Source of the DNA: an uncultured Alphaproteobacteria bacterium
Lineage (GTDB): Bacteria > Pseudomonadota > Alphaproteobacteria > HIMB59 > GCA-002718135
Direction: 5' to 3'
Assembly (NCBI GenBank): GCA_902573325.1
Contig: CACGJH010000003.1
Coordinates: 41,592 to 105,591, forward strand
DNA length: 64,000 nucleotides
Shown: piece after piece, positions 1 through 11,130 of the stretch
Layout: each line of letters starts with the position of its first letter
Numbering within the stretch: position 1 is the first letter of the stretch
Notes under the pieces: model-generated
Database searches by the model: none
Seen by the model: the letters and a program-made list of their open reading frames with translations, nothing else
Told to the model about the DNA's origin: nothing
Program-made: the position numbers and the translations under genes

Positions 1-695
1 TCATTAGGAGATGATGTAAAGAATTCAATTTTGTTATATATGTCTTCATCATATAAGAGTAATTTTCTAACAAGTTCTGAAGATAAAAAAATTAAATTTG
101 AATCATATTCATATAAACCTAGATCAAATACACCTACTACCTCCAATGTTTTAAATCTTGGAATATTTCCTAATATTGTTTTATCAGTCTTTGGAATTGC
201 AATTTTAACCTCATCTCCCACACTTAAATTCATTTCGTTCGCTAAGGAGTCTCCAATTAATATTTCACTTTTTGGATTTTGAATTAATGCACCCATATTG
301 ATTGAATTAAACAAATAATGATTTTTATCATATGCATCATAGCCTTTGATCATCACACCTTTTGAGTTATTTGATTTTATAATTAATCCATTTGTTTCAA
401 TAGATTTGTAGTATTGGTAAAAAAAAGAATTATCAATATTCAATATAAGTTCATCAGCTTGCTTATTTATTATTTCATTATCAAAACTATAAATATTAAG
501 ATGCGAATTAAGTCCAATTATTCTGTTAGTTAGATCAACTCTAAAACCATTCATAACAGACATAACTATAATAATTGCTGCTACACCTAAACTAATACCT
601 ATTATTGAAAACCAAGCGAAAATAGACACATAGCCATCAGATTTCTTAGAAAATAAAAACCTAAAAATCAGTAATCGTTCTGATTTAGAAATCAT
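1..695 (-). CDS. lolE: Lipoprotein-releasing ABC transporter permease LolC/E (3'-truncated by window edge)
   Basis: Manual translation from ATG at 695: MISKSERLLIFRFLFSKKSDGYVSIFAWFSIIGISLGVAAIIIVMSVMNGFRVDLTNRIIGLNSH, the typical LolC/E N-terminus; directly downstream of proS as usual in alphaproteobacteria. Confidence 0.88.
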   Translation of the reverse strand, partial: MISKSERLLIFRFLFSKKSDGYVSIFAWFSIIGISLGVAAIIIVMSVMNGFRVDLTNRIIGLNSHLNIYSFDNEIINKQADELILNIDNSFFYQYYKSIETNGLIIKSNNSKGVMIKGYDAYDKNHYLFNSINMGALIQNPKSEILIGDSLANEMNLSVGDEVKIAIPKTDKTILGNIPRFKTLEVVGVFDLGLYEYDSNLIFLSSELVRKLLLYDEDIYNKIEFFTSSPN

Positions 696-1991
696 CTATT
701 TTTTTAACTTATTATTAATAAAATCAAATACACTACTGGAAGAAATTTTTTCACTTTCATTATTTTGGCGATTTTTTATCTCTACTAAATTATCTTTTAA
801 ATCTCTTTTGCCAATAATAATTTGATATGGTGTACCAATTAACTCATTATCAGATAATTTTTTTCCTATACTGCAGATTCTATCATCTAAAATGACTTCA
901 ATATTGTTTTTCATAAAATATTCATAATATTCTGATGATTTTGTGGCACAATCTTGATCTTCTGGCATTAAATTAACAATGGAAACCTTAAATGGAGCAA
1001 CCTCTAAAGGCCACCTAATTCCTTTTTCATCATGATAAGCTTCTATAATTGCACCCACAAGTCTTGAAACACCAATGCCATATGATCCCATATGTACTGG
1101 AAAATTTTTCCCACTTTTATCTTGAACAAATGCGTTTAATTTCTCAGAATATTTTGTTCCAAAATAAAATATATGACCCACTTCAATGCCCTTAGAAATT
1201 TTTAAATCTTCATTTGAAATTGGGCAATTTTTTTCATCATGTTGATCATCAACTGCAGCATAAAATGACTGCAACTCATTTGGGTCTATAGTTTCAGGGT
1301 TTAGTGTTTCTAATTTTTTATCATAATAAAGTGTACTTTCACCAGTCTTAGCTAGTATTTGAAATTCATGACTTAAGTTACCGCCAATTGGTCCAGTATC
1401 CGCTCTTAAGGAAATTGGTGTTAAACCCATTCTAATAAAAGTTTTTATGTATGCTTTAAACATATTGTCATAAGATTTTTTTGCTTCGTTTTCATCAAGA
1501 TCAAATGAATAATTATCCTTCATTAAGAATTCTCTTCCTCGCATTACTCCAAACCTAGGCCTAACTTCATCTCGGAATTTCCATTGAATATGATAAAGAT
1601 TTTTTGGAAGATCTTTGTAAGAATTTATATGTGCTTGAAATATATCTGTAATTAATTCTTCATTTGTTGGGCCGTAAAGCATTTCCCTTCCACTTCTATC
1701 TGTAATCCTTAACATTTCTTTTCCATAATCATCGTATCTTCCTGATTTAATCCATAAATCAGAAGATTGAATCGTAGGCATAAGCAGTTCTACTGCTCCT
1801 GCATTATTTTGTTCCTCTCTAACAATCTGTTCAATTTTTTTTAATACAAGTAGACCTAAAGGTAACCACGAATAAATACCGGCACTAGATTGTTTAATCA
1901 TGCCAGCTCTGATCATTAATTTATGTGAAATTATTTCAGCATCTGATGGCGCATCTTTAATAGTAGGAAGAAAAAAGTTAGAATATTTCAT
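696..1991 (-). CDS. proS: Proline--tRNA ligase (short form without editing domain)
   Basis: GPTNEE, QWKFRDEVRPRFGVMRGREFLMKD, GIEVGHIF, MGSYGIGVSR motifs. Confidence 0.97.
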   Translation of the reverse strand: MKYSNFFLPTIKDAPSDAEIISHKLMIRAGMIKQSSAGIYSWLPLGLLVLKKIEQIVREEQNNAGAVELLMPTIQSSDLWIKSGRYDDYGKEMLRITDRSGREMLYGPTNEELITDIFQAHINSYKDLPKNLYHIQWKFRDEVRPRFGVMRGREFLMKDNYSFDLDENEAKKSYDNMFKAYIKTFIRMGLTPISLRADTGPIGGNLSHEFQILAKTGESTLYYDKKLETLNPETIDPNELQSFYAAVDDQHDEKNCPISNEDLKISKGIEVGHIFYFGTKYSEKLNAFVQDKSGKNFPVHMGSYGIGVSRLVGAIIEAYHDEKGIRWPLEVAPFKVSIVNLMPEDQDCATKSSEYYEYFMKNNIEVILDDRICSIGKKLSDNELIGTPYQIIIGKRDLKDNLVEIKNRQNNESEKISSSSVFDFINNKLKK

Positions 1992-2221
1992 TTATTAAAT
2001 ATATTTGATAAATCAAATCCAAATAAAATCAAAAAAAATAAAATTAAAGCTGCTATTAATGAAGTTGCAATAAATTTTATTAGAAGATATGGCTTATTTG
2101 GAGCACTTTTTGCATGTCCAGATTCTACTTTTTGGGGTACTTTTATCTTAATCGGTAGGAGTATGAAAAATAAAATCCACCAAACAAGGATAAAAATTAG
2201 AACATGAGTAAATAATGCCAT
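1988..2221 (-). CDS. DUF1467-family small membrane protein
   Basis: WWILFFILLP...GHAKSAP..P motif with two hydrophobic helices; conserved position upstream of proS. Confidence 0.8.
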   Translation of the reverse strand: MALFTHVLIFILVWWILFFILLPIKIKVPQKVESGHAKSAPNKPYLLIKFIATSLIAALILFFLILFGFDLSNIFNK

Positions 2222-3894
2222 TAAGATCGTATTAAATGAACTTCAATTTCTGGTTTTTTTTGAATTGAATTTTTTATAATCTTTCTAAAACTACTTTTAA
2301 CTAAGTCAGATACTATAAGATCTGATGATTTTTGATCTTTGTTAAGTTTTGAATAGTTTTCTATAAAAAGTATTTTAAAATCATTTTTAATATTTTCTTC
2401 ATCTATTCCCGGCAATCCTTTTAAAGTAAGTAACATATTTTTATTAATTGAATAGTCATCATCATTAATAATTAAAGAAATTAAAACTAGACCTTCAAAT
2501 GAATATTTCCTTCTCTCTTTAATAAAAGCAGATTCAGAGTCGTAAAGATTTTTACCCTCAACAATTAACTTTCCAGTTTCAAATTTTTCTACAATTTTAG
2601 GTTCACCTGGTGCAATTTTGAGACATTTTCCATTTTCTAAAATTTTAGTAAATGGCACTTGAGATGAGTAAGATAATTGTTTATGTGCCTCTAGATGTAT
2701 AGGTTCACCATGCACAGGAATAGATAAGTAAGGTTTTGTCCAATTATACATTTGTTTTATTTCATCTGCATAACCATGACCTGAAACATGTACTAAATCA
2801 TCATCAGCAGTTACTATCTCAACTCTTTGTCTAATAAGTAAGTTCTTTAAATTATTTATTGATTTTTCATTACCAGGAATATCTCTAGAGCTAAAAATTA
2901 CTACATCTTCAGGCTCTAAATGTAAATGTTGATGAGAATTATAAGCTATTCTGAAAAGTGCAGATCTTTTTTCACCCTGACTTCCAGTACAAATTATGAC
3001 TAAATTTTCTCTTGGTATATAAGAGGCTTCATCTTCACCAATAAAAATTTCATCATCTGCAACATAACCACATTTTCTTGCTACTTCGATATTTTTTTTC
3101 ATACTCCTACCAACAAGAGCGACCTTTCTTTTATTTTTTTTTGCTGCTTGAATAATATTTTTCATTCGTGCAATATTTGAAGAAAAACAGGTAACAACAA
3201 TTCTATTCGAAAATCTTGAAAATATACTTGTCAGTTCATCTCTAACATCACTTTCAGATTCTGATTTACCAGGCACATTTGCGTTAGTAGAGTCACCTAT
3301 TAAGGCAAGTAATCCATCATTTCCTAATTTTTCAAATTTTTCTTTTGAAAATGAATCTCCTAAAGTAGGTGAATGATCTATTTTCCAATCAGCAGTATGA
3401 AGTAATGATCCATATGTTGTTTTAATTACTATTGCAGTTGGTTCAGGAATTGAGTGTGTAGTTGGAATAAAACTTATATCGAAATTATTGAGTATTAATT
3501 TTTTGTCTAGATTTATCTCTTTTAAAGTAAATCCTTCTACTTTATTGAATTCTTTTAGCCTATTTTCGATAAGAAATTTTGCAAATTTACTAGCATATAC
3601 AGGACATTTAATTTTATTTGCTAAGAACGCAACAGCTCCTGCATGATCTTCATGACCATGGCTGATAATAATAGCCTCGAGATTATCTTCTAAACTTTCA
3701 ATATGATCTATTTTTGGTACCAATAAATCTACACCAGGAAACTTTTCATCTGCAAATGAAAGACCTAAATCTATCATTATCCATTTTCCATCACATCCGT
3801 AAAGATAGCAATTTGCACCTATTTCGCCAATACCACCAAGAGATAAAAAGTGTAGTCCTTCATTAAAATCATTTAGTTGTAAATTATTACTCAT
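2221..3894 (-). CDS. rnj: Ribonuclease J
   Basis: LGGIGEIGAN, SHGHEDH metallo-beta-lactamase motif, HTADWK, TGSQGE, HVSGH, PVHGE. Confidence 0.95.
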   Translation of the reverse strand: MSNNLQLNDFNEGLHFLSLGGIGEIGANCYLYGCDGKWIMIDLGLSFADEKFPGVDLLVPKIDHIESLEDNLEAIIISHGHEDHAGAVAFLANKIKCPVYASKFAKFLIENRLKEFNKVEGFTLKEINLDKKLILNNFDISFIPTTHSIPEPTAIVIKTTYGSLLHTADWKIDHSPTLGDSFSKEKFEKLGNDGLLALIGDSTNANVPGKSESESDVRDELTSIFSRFSNRIVVTCFSSNIARMKNIIQAAKKNKRKVALVGRSMKKNIEVARKCGYVADDEIFIGEDEASYIPRENLVIICTGSQGEKRSALFRIAYNSHQHLHLEPEDVVIFSSRDIPGNEKSINNLKNLLIRQRVEIVTADDDLVHVSGHGYADEIKQMYNWTKPYLSIPVHGEPIHLEAHKQLSYSSQVPFTKILENGKCLKIAPGEPKIVEKFETGKLIVEGKNLYDSESAFIKERRKYSFEGLVLISLIINDDDYSINKNMLLTLKGLPGIDEENIKNDFKILFIENYSKLNKDQKSSDLIVSDLVKSSFRKIIKNSIQKKPEIEVHLIRS

Positions 3895-4648
3895 AAAAAT
3901 GTTTGTTACCGATTTCTTTTATTCCTTCTAATGTCAAATGCTCCATATATATAGGTTTATAAATAATTTTATCCCTAAATATTTTACCTAGACCACCCGT
4001 AATATAGACTTTGGGCTTAAAGTTATTCTCCTTAATAATTTGCTTTAATATGCCATTAACTGCATGTAAATAACCAAAATAGAAACCTGATTGAATAGAA
4101 GCTGATGTATTATTATTAACAATTTTATTTGATTTTGAAATTTTTGAAGTTTTTATTAACTCAGCATTTTTTAAAAGTGTCTCCATTGAAAGATTTATAC
4201 CTGGAAAAATTAATCCACCTAAATATTGATTATTTTTAATGACATCAAAAGTAGTAGCTGTACCAAAGTCAAGAATTATACAGTCTTTGATTTTCTTACT
4301 ATATACATAGGCATAGTTTGCTATTCGATCACTTCCAATTTGATTTAAATTATAATTGATACTATTTTTAAATGATATTTTTTTGGGATTAATTACATAA
4401 AATTTGAATTTATTCTTTTGGAAAATATTTTTAAAAATTAAATTTAAAGAAGGTACAACAGAGGACAAGATACAAAATCTATCTTTAAGATTATTAATCA
4501 ACTTTTTGTTAGATTTAAAAAAATTATTTATTTCTTTTTGTGTAATGTTGATTTTTTTTTCTGTTTTTAATCTAATAATTTTATTTAATTTGTTTTTTGT
4601 ATAAAAACCTATAACTATATTAGTATTACCTGCATCTATAACAATCAT
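3887..4648 (-). CDS. coaX: Type III pantothenate kinase
   Basis: IDAGNT, GSDR, DFGTATT, GGLIFPG, TGG motifs. Confidence 0.93.
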   Translation of the reverse strand: MIVIDAGNTNIVIGFYTKNKLNKIIRLKTEKKINITQKEINNFFKSNKKLINNLKDRFCILSSVVPSLNLIFKNIFQKNKFKFYVINPKKISFKNSINYNLNQIGSDRIANYAYVYSKKIKDCIILDFGTATTFDVIKNNQYLGGLIFPGINLSMETLLKNAELIKTSKISKSNKIVNNNTSASIQSGFYFGYLHAVNGILKQIIKENNFKPKVYITGGLGKIFRDKIIYKPIYMEHLTLEGIKEIGNKHFYE

Positions 4649-5382
4649 TAAATTATTCTAGCGTTATATATATTTTCAAAATTAATATTATTTTTTAAAG
4701 TGATTGACCCATCTGGGTTAAGATTATGAAATATTCCTTGTTTTACATTTTGTTCATCGATTTTTAAATTAATATTGCCTCCTAAATATAATAATCTACT
4801 TTTATATTCGGTCATAATTTTTTCGTGATCATTTAGCAGTTGTTTAAAATTGTTAAAATACTCTTCCATAATTTCATATACAAAATAAAAATTATTAATT
4901 TCTTTATTATATTTATAAATATTAGTTGTAGGATAATTTTCTATTTTTGGAGAAGATACAATGTTAACTCCAAAACCAGTATTTATATATTTATCACTTT
5001 TGATACTAAATATTTCAGAAATTATTCCAGAAATTTTTTCGTTATTAATTAAAATATCATTTGGCCATTTAATTTGAGTTTTAACATTACAAATATTTTC
5101 AATTACAGAACAGATCATATTAGTAATAAAAGCATTATTTAAAAAATGATTTTCTATTGGCAATATATTTTTAGATAAAATAGAAATATAGACATTATTT
5201 TTTGGACTTTCCCAAGTTGTACCTCTTCTTCCAAATCCTTTTTTTTGTTCATTTGCCATCAAACATATATTTCTATTATAAATAAGTTTTTTAATCTCTG
5301 ACATTGTAGAATCTACAGATTCAATAAAATGAAAATCAAAATTGTTTTTATCTAATAGATTTTTAATTTTATCTAATGACAT
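4648..5382 (-). CDS. birA: Biotin--[acetyl-CoA-carboxylase] ligase
   Basis: SVDST, QKKGFGRRG..WESP, KWPND, KISGI motifs; nuoN-birA-coaX-rnj synteny. Confidence 0.92.
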   Translation of the reverse strand: MSLDKIKNLLDKNNFDFHFIESVDSTMSEIKKLIYNRNICLMANEQKKGFGRRGTTWESPKNNVYISILSKNILPIENHFLNNAFITNMICSVIENICNVKTQIKWPNDILINNEKISGIISEIFSIKSDKYINTGFGVNIVSSPKIENYPTTNIYKYNKEINNFYFVYEIMEEYFNNFKQLLNDHEKIMTEYKSRLLYLGGNINLKIDEQNVKQGIFHNLNPDGSITLKNNINFENIYNARII

Positions 5383-5385
5383 TAA

Positions 5386-6822
5386 TTAAATGGTCAAATT
5401 TGCTGATATATTAATCAATAAAGACGGGTAAAATATGAAACAAATAATTAAAAACAAACTTAAGGATAGAATAATTTTTGATTGAAAGGAAATTTTAAAA
5501 TTGATTATTTCTTCACTTATACTTTCATCAAAATACATTATCTTAATAATTCTTAAATAATAAAAAGCAGAAATAACACTAGCTAGGACACCAAGAACCG
5601 AAAGTACATATAATTCCTGTTCAATTGCAGCAATGAAAACGTAAAACTTTCCAAAAAATCCTATAAAAGGTGGAATACCAGCCATAGATAGCATTATTAT
5701 TGAAATAGAAAGACTAACGATTGGGTTACTTTTACTTAACCCTTTTAAATCACTTATGTTAATTAAATATTCATTTTTAACTTTTAATGAAAGTAAAATA
5801 GCAAAAATTGCAACATTCATTATCATGTATGAAAACATATAAATAGATGCTGCTTTAATTCCATCATCATTTGCGGCAACTAAAGCTATTAATATATAAC
5901 CTATATGTCCGATAGAACTATAAGCTAATAATCTTTTAATATTTGATTGTGCTATAGCCGCGATAGCCCCAAGAAACATTGAGGCTATTGATAAAAATAA
6001 AATTATTTGACTCCATTCTAAGTAAAAATTTTCAAATGGAACTAAGCAAAAACGATAAATTAAAGCTACTGCAGCAATCTTAGGGACAATAGCAAAAAAA
6101 CCTGTAATTGAATTTGGCGCTCCTTCATAAACATCGGGAGTCCACATATGGAAAGGTACGGCTGAAACCTTAAAAGCCAAGCCTACCATCACAAATACAA
6201 GACCAAATATTAGACCTAAATTTAAATTATTATATTTTGATAAATAGAAACTTATATCATCAAAATTCATTGAACCAGTGAATCCATAAATTAAGGAGAA
6301 ACCATACAATAGTATACCAGACGATAATGCTCCTAAAATAAAGTATTTTACTCCTGACTCAGCTGATGAAATTGAGTCTCTTTTTATTGCTGCAGCAACA
6401 TACAAAGATAAACTTTGCAGTTCTATTGCTAAATACATGGACATAAGATTATTTGAAGAAATCATTAACATCATCCCAAGTGTTGAAAATAAAAATAAAA
6501 CAGGAATTTCAAAATTCTTAAGCTTAATGCCTAAGAAATAATCTTTAGAAATAATGATACTAGCTATAGATCCTAATAGAGCTAATATTTTAAAAAAATT
6601 TGTAAAAGAAGAATGGCTAAATAAACTTTTATAATTTGCAAAATTGGATTCACTATCATAGTAAACAAGCAAAATGGTTAAAAATAAAACGAAAACTGCT
6701 AGATTAGAAGTTTGCCTAAAGGCATTCTTTTTTAAAAAAAGACCAAAAAGTAAGCATACAAAAGAAGAGCATGCTAAAAAAATTTCAGGTATAAAAAAAA
6801 TATTGTAAATATTATTTAGCAT
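5386..6822 (-). CDS. nuoN: NADH-quinone oxidoreductase subunit N
   Basis: ELQSLSLY, KYFILGALSSG, FKVSAVPFHMWTPDVYEG. Confidence 0.97.
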   Translation of the reverse strand: MLNNIYNIFFIPEIFLACSSFVCLLFGLFLKKNAFRQTSNLAVFVLFLTILLVYYDSESNFANYKSLFSHSSFTNFFKILALLGSIASIIISKDYFLGIKLKNFEIPVLFLFSTLGMMLMISSNNLMSMYLAIELQSLSLYVAAAIKRDSISSAESGVKYFILGALSSGILLYGFSLIYGFTGSMNFDDISFYLSKYNNLNLGLIFGLVFVMVGLAFKVSAVPFHMWTPDVYEGAPNSITGFFAIVPKIAAVALIYRFCLVPFENFYLEWSQIILFLSIASMFLGAIAAIAQSNIKRLLAYSSIGHIGYILIALVAANDDGIKAASIYMFSYMIMNVAIFAILLSLKVKNEYLINISDLKGLSKSNPIVSLSISIIMLSMAGIPPFIGFFGKFYVFIAAIEQELYVLSVLGVLASVISAFYYLRIIKIMYFDESISEEIINFKISFQSKIILSLSLFLIICFIFYPSLLINISANLTI

Positions 6823-8296
6823 TGGCTATTTCATAGTTTGTTATAATTAGTTCAAGTGATAATCTCATAGGATCTAAAAATAGATTTGGAAATATACCTA
6901 GTAATATTACTGAAATTGCTAAAGGAATTAATATGATTTTCTCTCTTGTGTTTATATCTAAAATATCTGCAAGTTTATTATTAGTTATGGTGCCAAAAAT
7001 AATTCTTTTATAAAGATATAGCATGTAAACAGCGGACAATATTATTCCAAAAGCCGCGCCAATAACAACGTAACTTGAAAATTTAAATGCTCCAATAATA
7101 ACTAAAAATTCTCCAACAAAACCACTAGTCCCAGGTAATCCAACTGATCCCAGCATAAAAATCATAAATACTGTTGCATAAAGTGGCATTCTTTGAACTA
7201 ATCCTCCATAAAATTCAATTTCTCTAGTATGCATTCGATCATAAATAACACCAACACATAAAAATAATGCTGCTGAAACTAGTCCATGACTAATCATTTG
7301 CATCATTGCCCCTTCTAAACCTTGTTGATTAACTAAGAAAATTCCTATTGTTACAATTCCCATATGAGCAACAGATGAATATGCAATTAGTTTTTTAATA
7401 TCAGTTTGTGCTAGTGCTACTAAGGAAGTGTATACTATGGCAACTATACTTAATGTCATAATTAAAGGAATAAAAAACTCTGTTGCTTCTGGAAGCATGC
7501 CTAAAGAGAAACGGATAAAACCATATCCGCCCATTTTTAAAAGTACTCCAGCTAAAATAACAGATCCAGCCGTTGGAGCTTCAACATGTGCATCAGGCAA
7601 CCATGTATGAAAAGGCCACATAGGAATTTTAACTGCAAAGGAAGCAAAGAAGGCAAGCCATAGAAACAATTGAGTATTATAGGAAAAATAATTACCTTGT
7701 AAGAACTCTATACTCATTGAGCTTGTATTTCTATACATCACAATAATAGCAATCAACATGAGTACTGACCCCAAAAGAGTATAGAGAAAGAATTTAAAAG
7801 AAGCATAGATTCTTCTATTTCCTCCCCAAATACCTATGATTAGATACATTGGTATTAATACGGCTTCAAAAAAAATGTAAAATAAAAGTATATCTATAGA
7901 AGCAAACATGCCAATCATTACAGTCTCTAAAAATAGAAAAGAAAGCATATATTCCTTGACTCTTTTTTTTATATTATTCCAACTAGCTAAAATACAAAGT
8001 GGGGTTAAAAATGTACTTAATAAAATCATAAAAAGTGAGATACCGTCAACACCAACATGGTAGAAGAAATTAAAATCATCGAACCATCTAAATTTTTCTT
8101 CATATTGATAAGATGGATTTGAATAATCAAATTGTAACCAAAGTATTAAACTTAAAATAAATGTTCCTAACGTTGTTAGTAAAGCAGCCCATTTAATATT
8201 AATTGATGTTAATTCATCTTCTTTAATAAAAAGAATAATTAAAGCACCAATTAAAGGTAAAAAAATTATTACTGATACTAGTGGCCAGTCAATCAT
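6812..8296 (-). CDS. nuoM: NADH-quinone oxidoreductase subunit M
   Basis: KIPMWPFHTWLPDAHVEAPTAGS, LIAYSSVAHMG. Confidence 0.97.
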   Translation of the reverse strand: MIDWPLVSVIIFLPLIGALIILFIKEDELTSINIKWAALLTTLGTFILSLILWLQFDYSNPSYQYEEKFRWFDDFNFFYHVGVDGISLFMILLSTFLTPLCILASWNNIKKRVKEYMLSFLFLETVMIGMFASIDILLFYIFFEAVLIPMYLIIGIWGGNRRIYASFKFFLYTLLGSVLMLIAIIVMYRNTSSMSIEFLQGNYFSYNTQLFLWLAFFASFAVKIPMWPFHTWLPDAHVEAPTAGSVILAGVLLKMGGYGFIRFSLGMLPEATEFFIPLIMTLSIVAIVYTSLVALAQTDIKKLIAYSSVAHMGIVTIGIFLVNQQGLEGAMMQMISHGLVSAALFLCVGVIYDRMHTREIEFYGGLVQRMPLYATVFMIFMLGSVGLPGTSGFVGEFLVIIGAFKFSSYVVIGAAFGIILSAVYMLYLYKRIIFGTITNNKLADILDINTREKIILIPLAISVILLGIFPNLFLDPMRLSLELIITNYEIANAK

Positions 8297-10204
8297 TTAG
8301 TAATATAAAAACCATGTTAAAATTATTACTAACCCGCCAAGCATAGCAAAAGCATAATGAAACAAATACCCTGATTGAAATAAACTTACATAAGATGAAG
8401 ATTTTGAAATAATCCAGGACACTCCGTTTGGCCCTAAACCATCGATAGTTTTTTCATCTCCTCTTTTCCAAAAAAAGTTTGCTAATTTGAAAAAAGTTAA
8501 AACAAATACTTTATGATATAGTTCATCCACATACCATTTATTTTTAGAAAGAGAATATAGGGGATCTAAATTATGAGAAAGATTTTTTGCTCTATTTAAA
8601 TTATTTGAATATATCAACACACAGACAAGAATTCCAATTGCAACAGCTGATTTTGATATTAAGGATTGTGTAAGAGGAAGATATTTATGAGAGCTCTCTG
8701 TTAATAATACTGCATTATCCCAAAATTCTTTTTTGTAATATCCAATAAAATAATCAGCAAAGAATATTCCTGAAAAAATAGAACCAATTGCAAGAATAAA
8801 CAATGGAGCTGTCATAACTAAAGGTGATTCATGGGCGTGATCATATGTTTTATTTTCTGATCTATTTTCACCATGAAATGTTAGAAATAATAATCTCCAT
8901 GAATAAAAAGCTGTAAGTAGAGCAGTTAAAATACCTACTAAATATGCAAAATATGCTATTCCATTTGATGCATAGAAAGCATTTTCTAAAATACTTTCTT
9001 TAGAATAGTAGCCAGATAAATACGGGAAACCAATAATTGCAAGAGATCCAATCCACATCATTGTAGCGGTAAAAGGTATTTTTTTGAAAAGTCCGCCCAT
9101 TTTTCTCATATCCTGTTCATGATGCATTGCGTGAATTACAGAACCTGCAGAAAGAAATAGAAGAGCCTTAAAAAAGGCATGGGTTGTTAAGTGAAATATT
9201 GATGCATTATAAGCACCTACACCTGCTGCAAAAAACATATATCCTAATTGACTACATGTTGAATATGCAATGACTCGTTTAATATCATTTTGTGTTAAGG
9301 CTATAGAGGCGGCAAAAATAGCTGTAGCCGCGCCTACAAAAGTAATGAATAAATTAGTAAATGCAGCAAACTCATAAAGAGGACTCATTCTTGCAACTAA
9401 AAATACGCCAGCTGTTACCATTGTTGCAGCATGTATTAGCGCAGAAACAGGAGTAGGTCCTTCCATAGCATCTGGCAGCCAAGTGTGTAAACCTAATTGG
9501 GCAGATTTACCCATTGCTCCTATAAATAAAAGAAAACATAAAAAATCTAAAGTTGGAAAACTAAATGAAAGGAATTGAATTTGATGCTCACTAAATTGAT
9601 CCACTTGCTCAAATATACTGTCGAAACTTATCGTACCAAAAATGTAAAAAATTCCTGCAATTCCAATTGCGTATCCAAAATCTCCAACTCTATTTACGAC
9701 AAATGCTTTTATAGCAGCTTTGTTGGCTGAATCTTTATGGTGCCAAAAACCAATTAATAAATATGAAGCTAGTCCAACACCCTCCCAACCAAAAAACATT
9801 TGCAACAAGTTATTACTTGATACAAGCACAAGCATAAAAAAAGTAAATAAGCTTAGATAGCCCATAAATCTTATCTTTGATGGATCTTCTTCCATATAAC
9901 CTATTGAATATAAGTGAACACAAGCGGAAACAGTTGTAACCACAATGAACATTACGGCAGTTAATGTGTCTAATCTTATTGACCAATCAACAATAAAGTT
10001 TCCAGAAGTAATCCAGTTAAGAATAAAGATTGTTTCAGTTTCCTTATTATTAATAAACTGAATGAAAATTATCCAAGAAAATAATGCGCAAAGAAAAAGA
10101 ATTGAAGTTGTTGATATTTGATAAATCTTATAGTGAAACTGTTTACCTAGCAAAAAACAAAAAAGAAAACCAAGTAGAGGTAAAAATATAATTGAGGTTG
10201 CCAT
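8297..10204 (-). CDS. nuoL: NADH-quinone oxidoreductase subunit L
   Basis: GKSAQLGLHTWLPDAMEGPTPVSALIHAATMV. Confidence 0.97.
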   Translation of the reverse strand: MATSIIFLPLLGFLFCFLLGKQFHYKIYQISTTSILFLCALFSWIIFIQFINNKETETIFILNWITSGNFIVDWSIRLDTLTAVMFIVVTTVSACVHLYSIGYMEEDPSKIRFMGYLSLFTFFMLVLVSSNNLLQMFFGWEGVGLASYLLIGFWHHKDSANKAAIKAFVVNRVGDFGYAIGIAGIFYIFGTISFDSIFEQVDQFSEHQIQFLSFSFPTLDFLCFLLFIGAMGKSAQLGLHTWLPDAMEGPTPVSALIHAATMVTAGVFLVARMSPLYEFAAFTNLFITFVGAATAIFAASIALTQNDIKRVIAYSTCSQLGYMFFAAGVGAYNASIFHLTTHAFFKALLFLSAGSVIHAMHHEQDMRKMGGLFKKIPFTATMMWIGSLAIIGFPYLSGYYSKESILENAFYASNGIAYFAYLVGILTALLTAFYSWRLLFLTFHGENRSENKTYDHAHESPLVMTAPLFILAIGSIFSGIFFADYFIGYYKKEFWDNAVLLTESSHKYLPLTQSLISKSAVAIGILVCVLIYSNNLNRAKNLSHNLDPLYSLSKNKWYVDELYHKVFVLTFFKLANFFWKRGDEKTIDGLGPNGVSWIISKSSSYVSLFQSGYLFHYAFAMLGGLVIILTWFLYY

Positions 10205-10207
10205 CTG

Positions 10208-10513
10208 CTATCCCTTTAGCTGATTAATTTTATTTACTTCTATTGATCCTAAATTTCTAAAAAATACTACAAGTATGGCAAGTCCAATTGCTGCTTCAGC
10301 TGCTGCAACAGTAAGTGTAAGCATTGCAAAAATTTGCCCTGAGATATCATTAATATACGCTGAAAAAGCAATAAAATTAATATTTACTGACAACAAGATG
10401 AGTTCTATAGACATTAAAATTATAATTAAATTTTTCTTATTTAAAAATATTCCCAAAACACCTAAGGTAAAAATAATTGCGCCGAGAAAAAGATAGTGTT
10501 CAAGAGTAATCAT
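10208..10513 (-). CDS. nuoK: NADH-quinone oxidoreductase subunit K
   Basis: [18 protein letters not shown]. Confidence 0.97.
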   Translation of the reverse strand: MITLEHYLFLGAIIFTLGVLGIFLNKKNLIIILMSIELILLSVNINFIAFSAYINDISGQIFAMLTLTVAAAEAAIGLAILVVFFRNLGSIEVNKINQLKG

Positions 10514-10516
10514 TAA

Positions 10517-11128
10517 TTAAATTCCTTCGCCTATTTTTACTTTTTTCTTTTCTATAGCTGTTGACGCATCAACTGTATTTTGAGAATCTATATTTTGCCT
10601 TTTAACACCACCTTTATCTCTTAATGTAAGTGTAATAGAGCCAATCATTGCGACTAATAAAATTATCCCACATATTTGAAATAAATAAAAATATTCAGTG
10701 TAGAGTATTTGCCCAATCATTTTTGTATTTTCCACTTCATTAACTATAGGTTGTAGTGGTGTTTGATTATTATAAATATTAGACGATCTATCTGTTAAAA
10801 AAAGTATTCCAAGCTCAATTACTAGAACTATCCCTAATAATGCTCCAAAAGGTAAATATTGCAAAAAACCTTCTCTCAACTTTACAAAATTTATATCAAG
10901 CATCATTACAACGAATAAAAAAAGGACGGCAACAGCACCAACATATACAACGACAAGGATCATTGCCAAAAATTCAGCACCTAATAAAACAAAGAGTCCT
11001 GATGCGTTAACAAAGCTTAAAATTAAGAACAAAACTGAATGAACTGGATTTTTTGCACTTATAACCATTAGAGCAGAAAGAACTGCAACAGATGAAAAAA
11101 GATAAAATGTTAATGAATAAAGAACCAT
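10517..11128 (-). CDS. nuoJ: NADH-quinone oxidoreductase subunit J
   Basis: NPVHSVLFL, VYVGAVAVLFLFVVMML. Confidence 0.97.
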   Translation of the reverse strand: MVLYSLTFYLFSSVAVLSALMVISAKNPVHSVLFLILSFVNASGLFVLLGAEFLAMILVVVYVGAVAVLFLFVVMMLDINFVKLREGFLQYLPFGALLGIVLVIELGILFLTDRSSNIYNNQTPLQPIVNEVENTKMIGQILYTEYFYLFQICGIILLVAMIGSITLTLRDKGGVKRQNIDSQNTVDASTAIEKKKVKIGEGI

Positions 11129-11130
11129 TA

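Noticed and set aside
31-282. 83-aa plus-strand ORF and the other short opposite-strand ORFs in the track (e.g. 13906-14271, 20386-20667, 53880-54209)
   Set aside because: Antisense to well-supported genes (here lolE), no RBS or motifs
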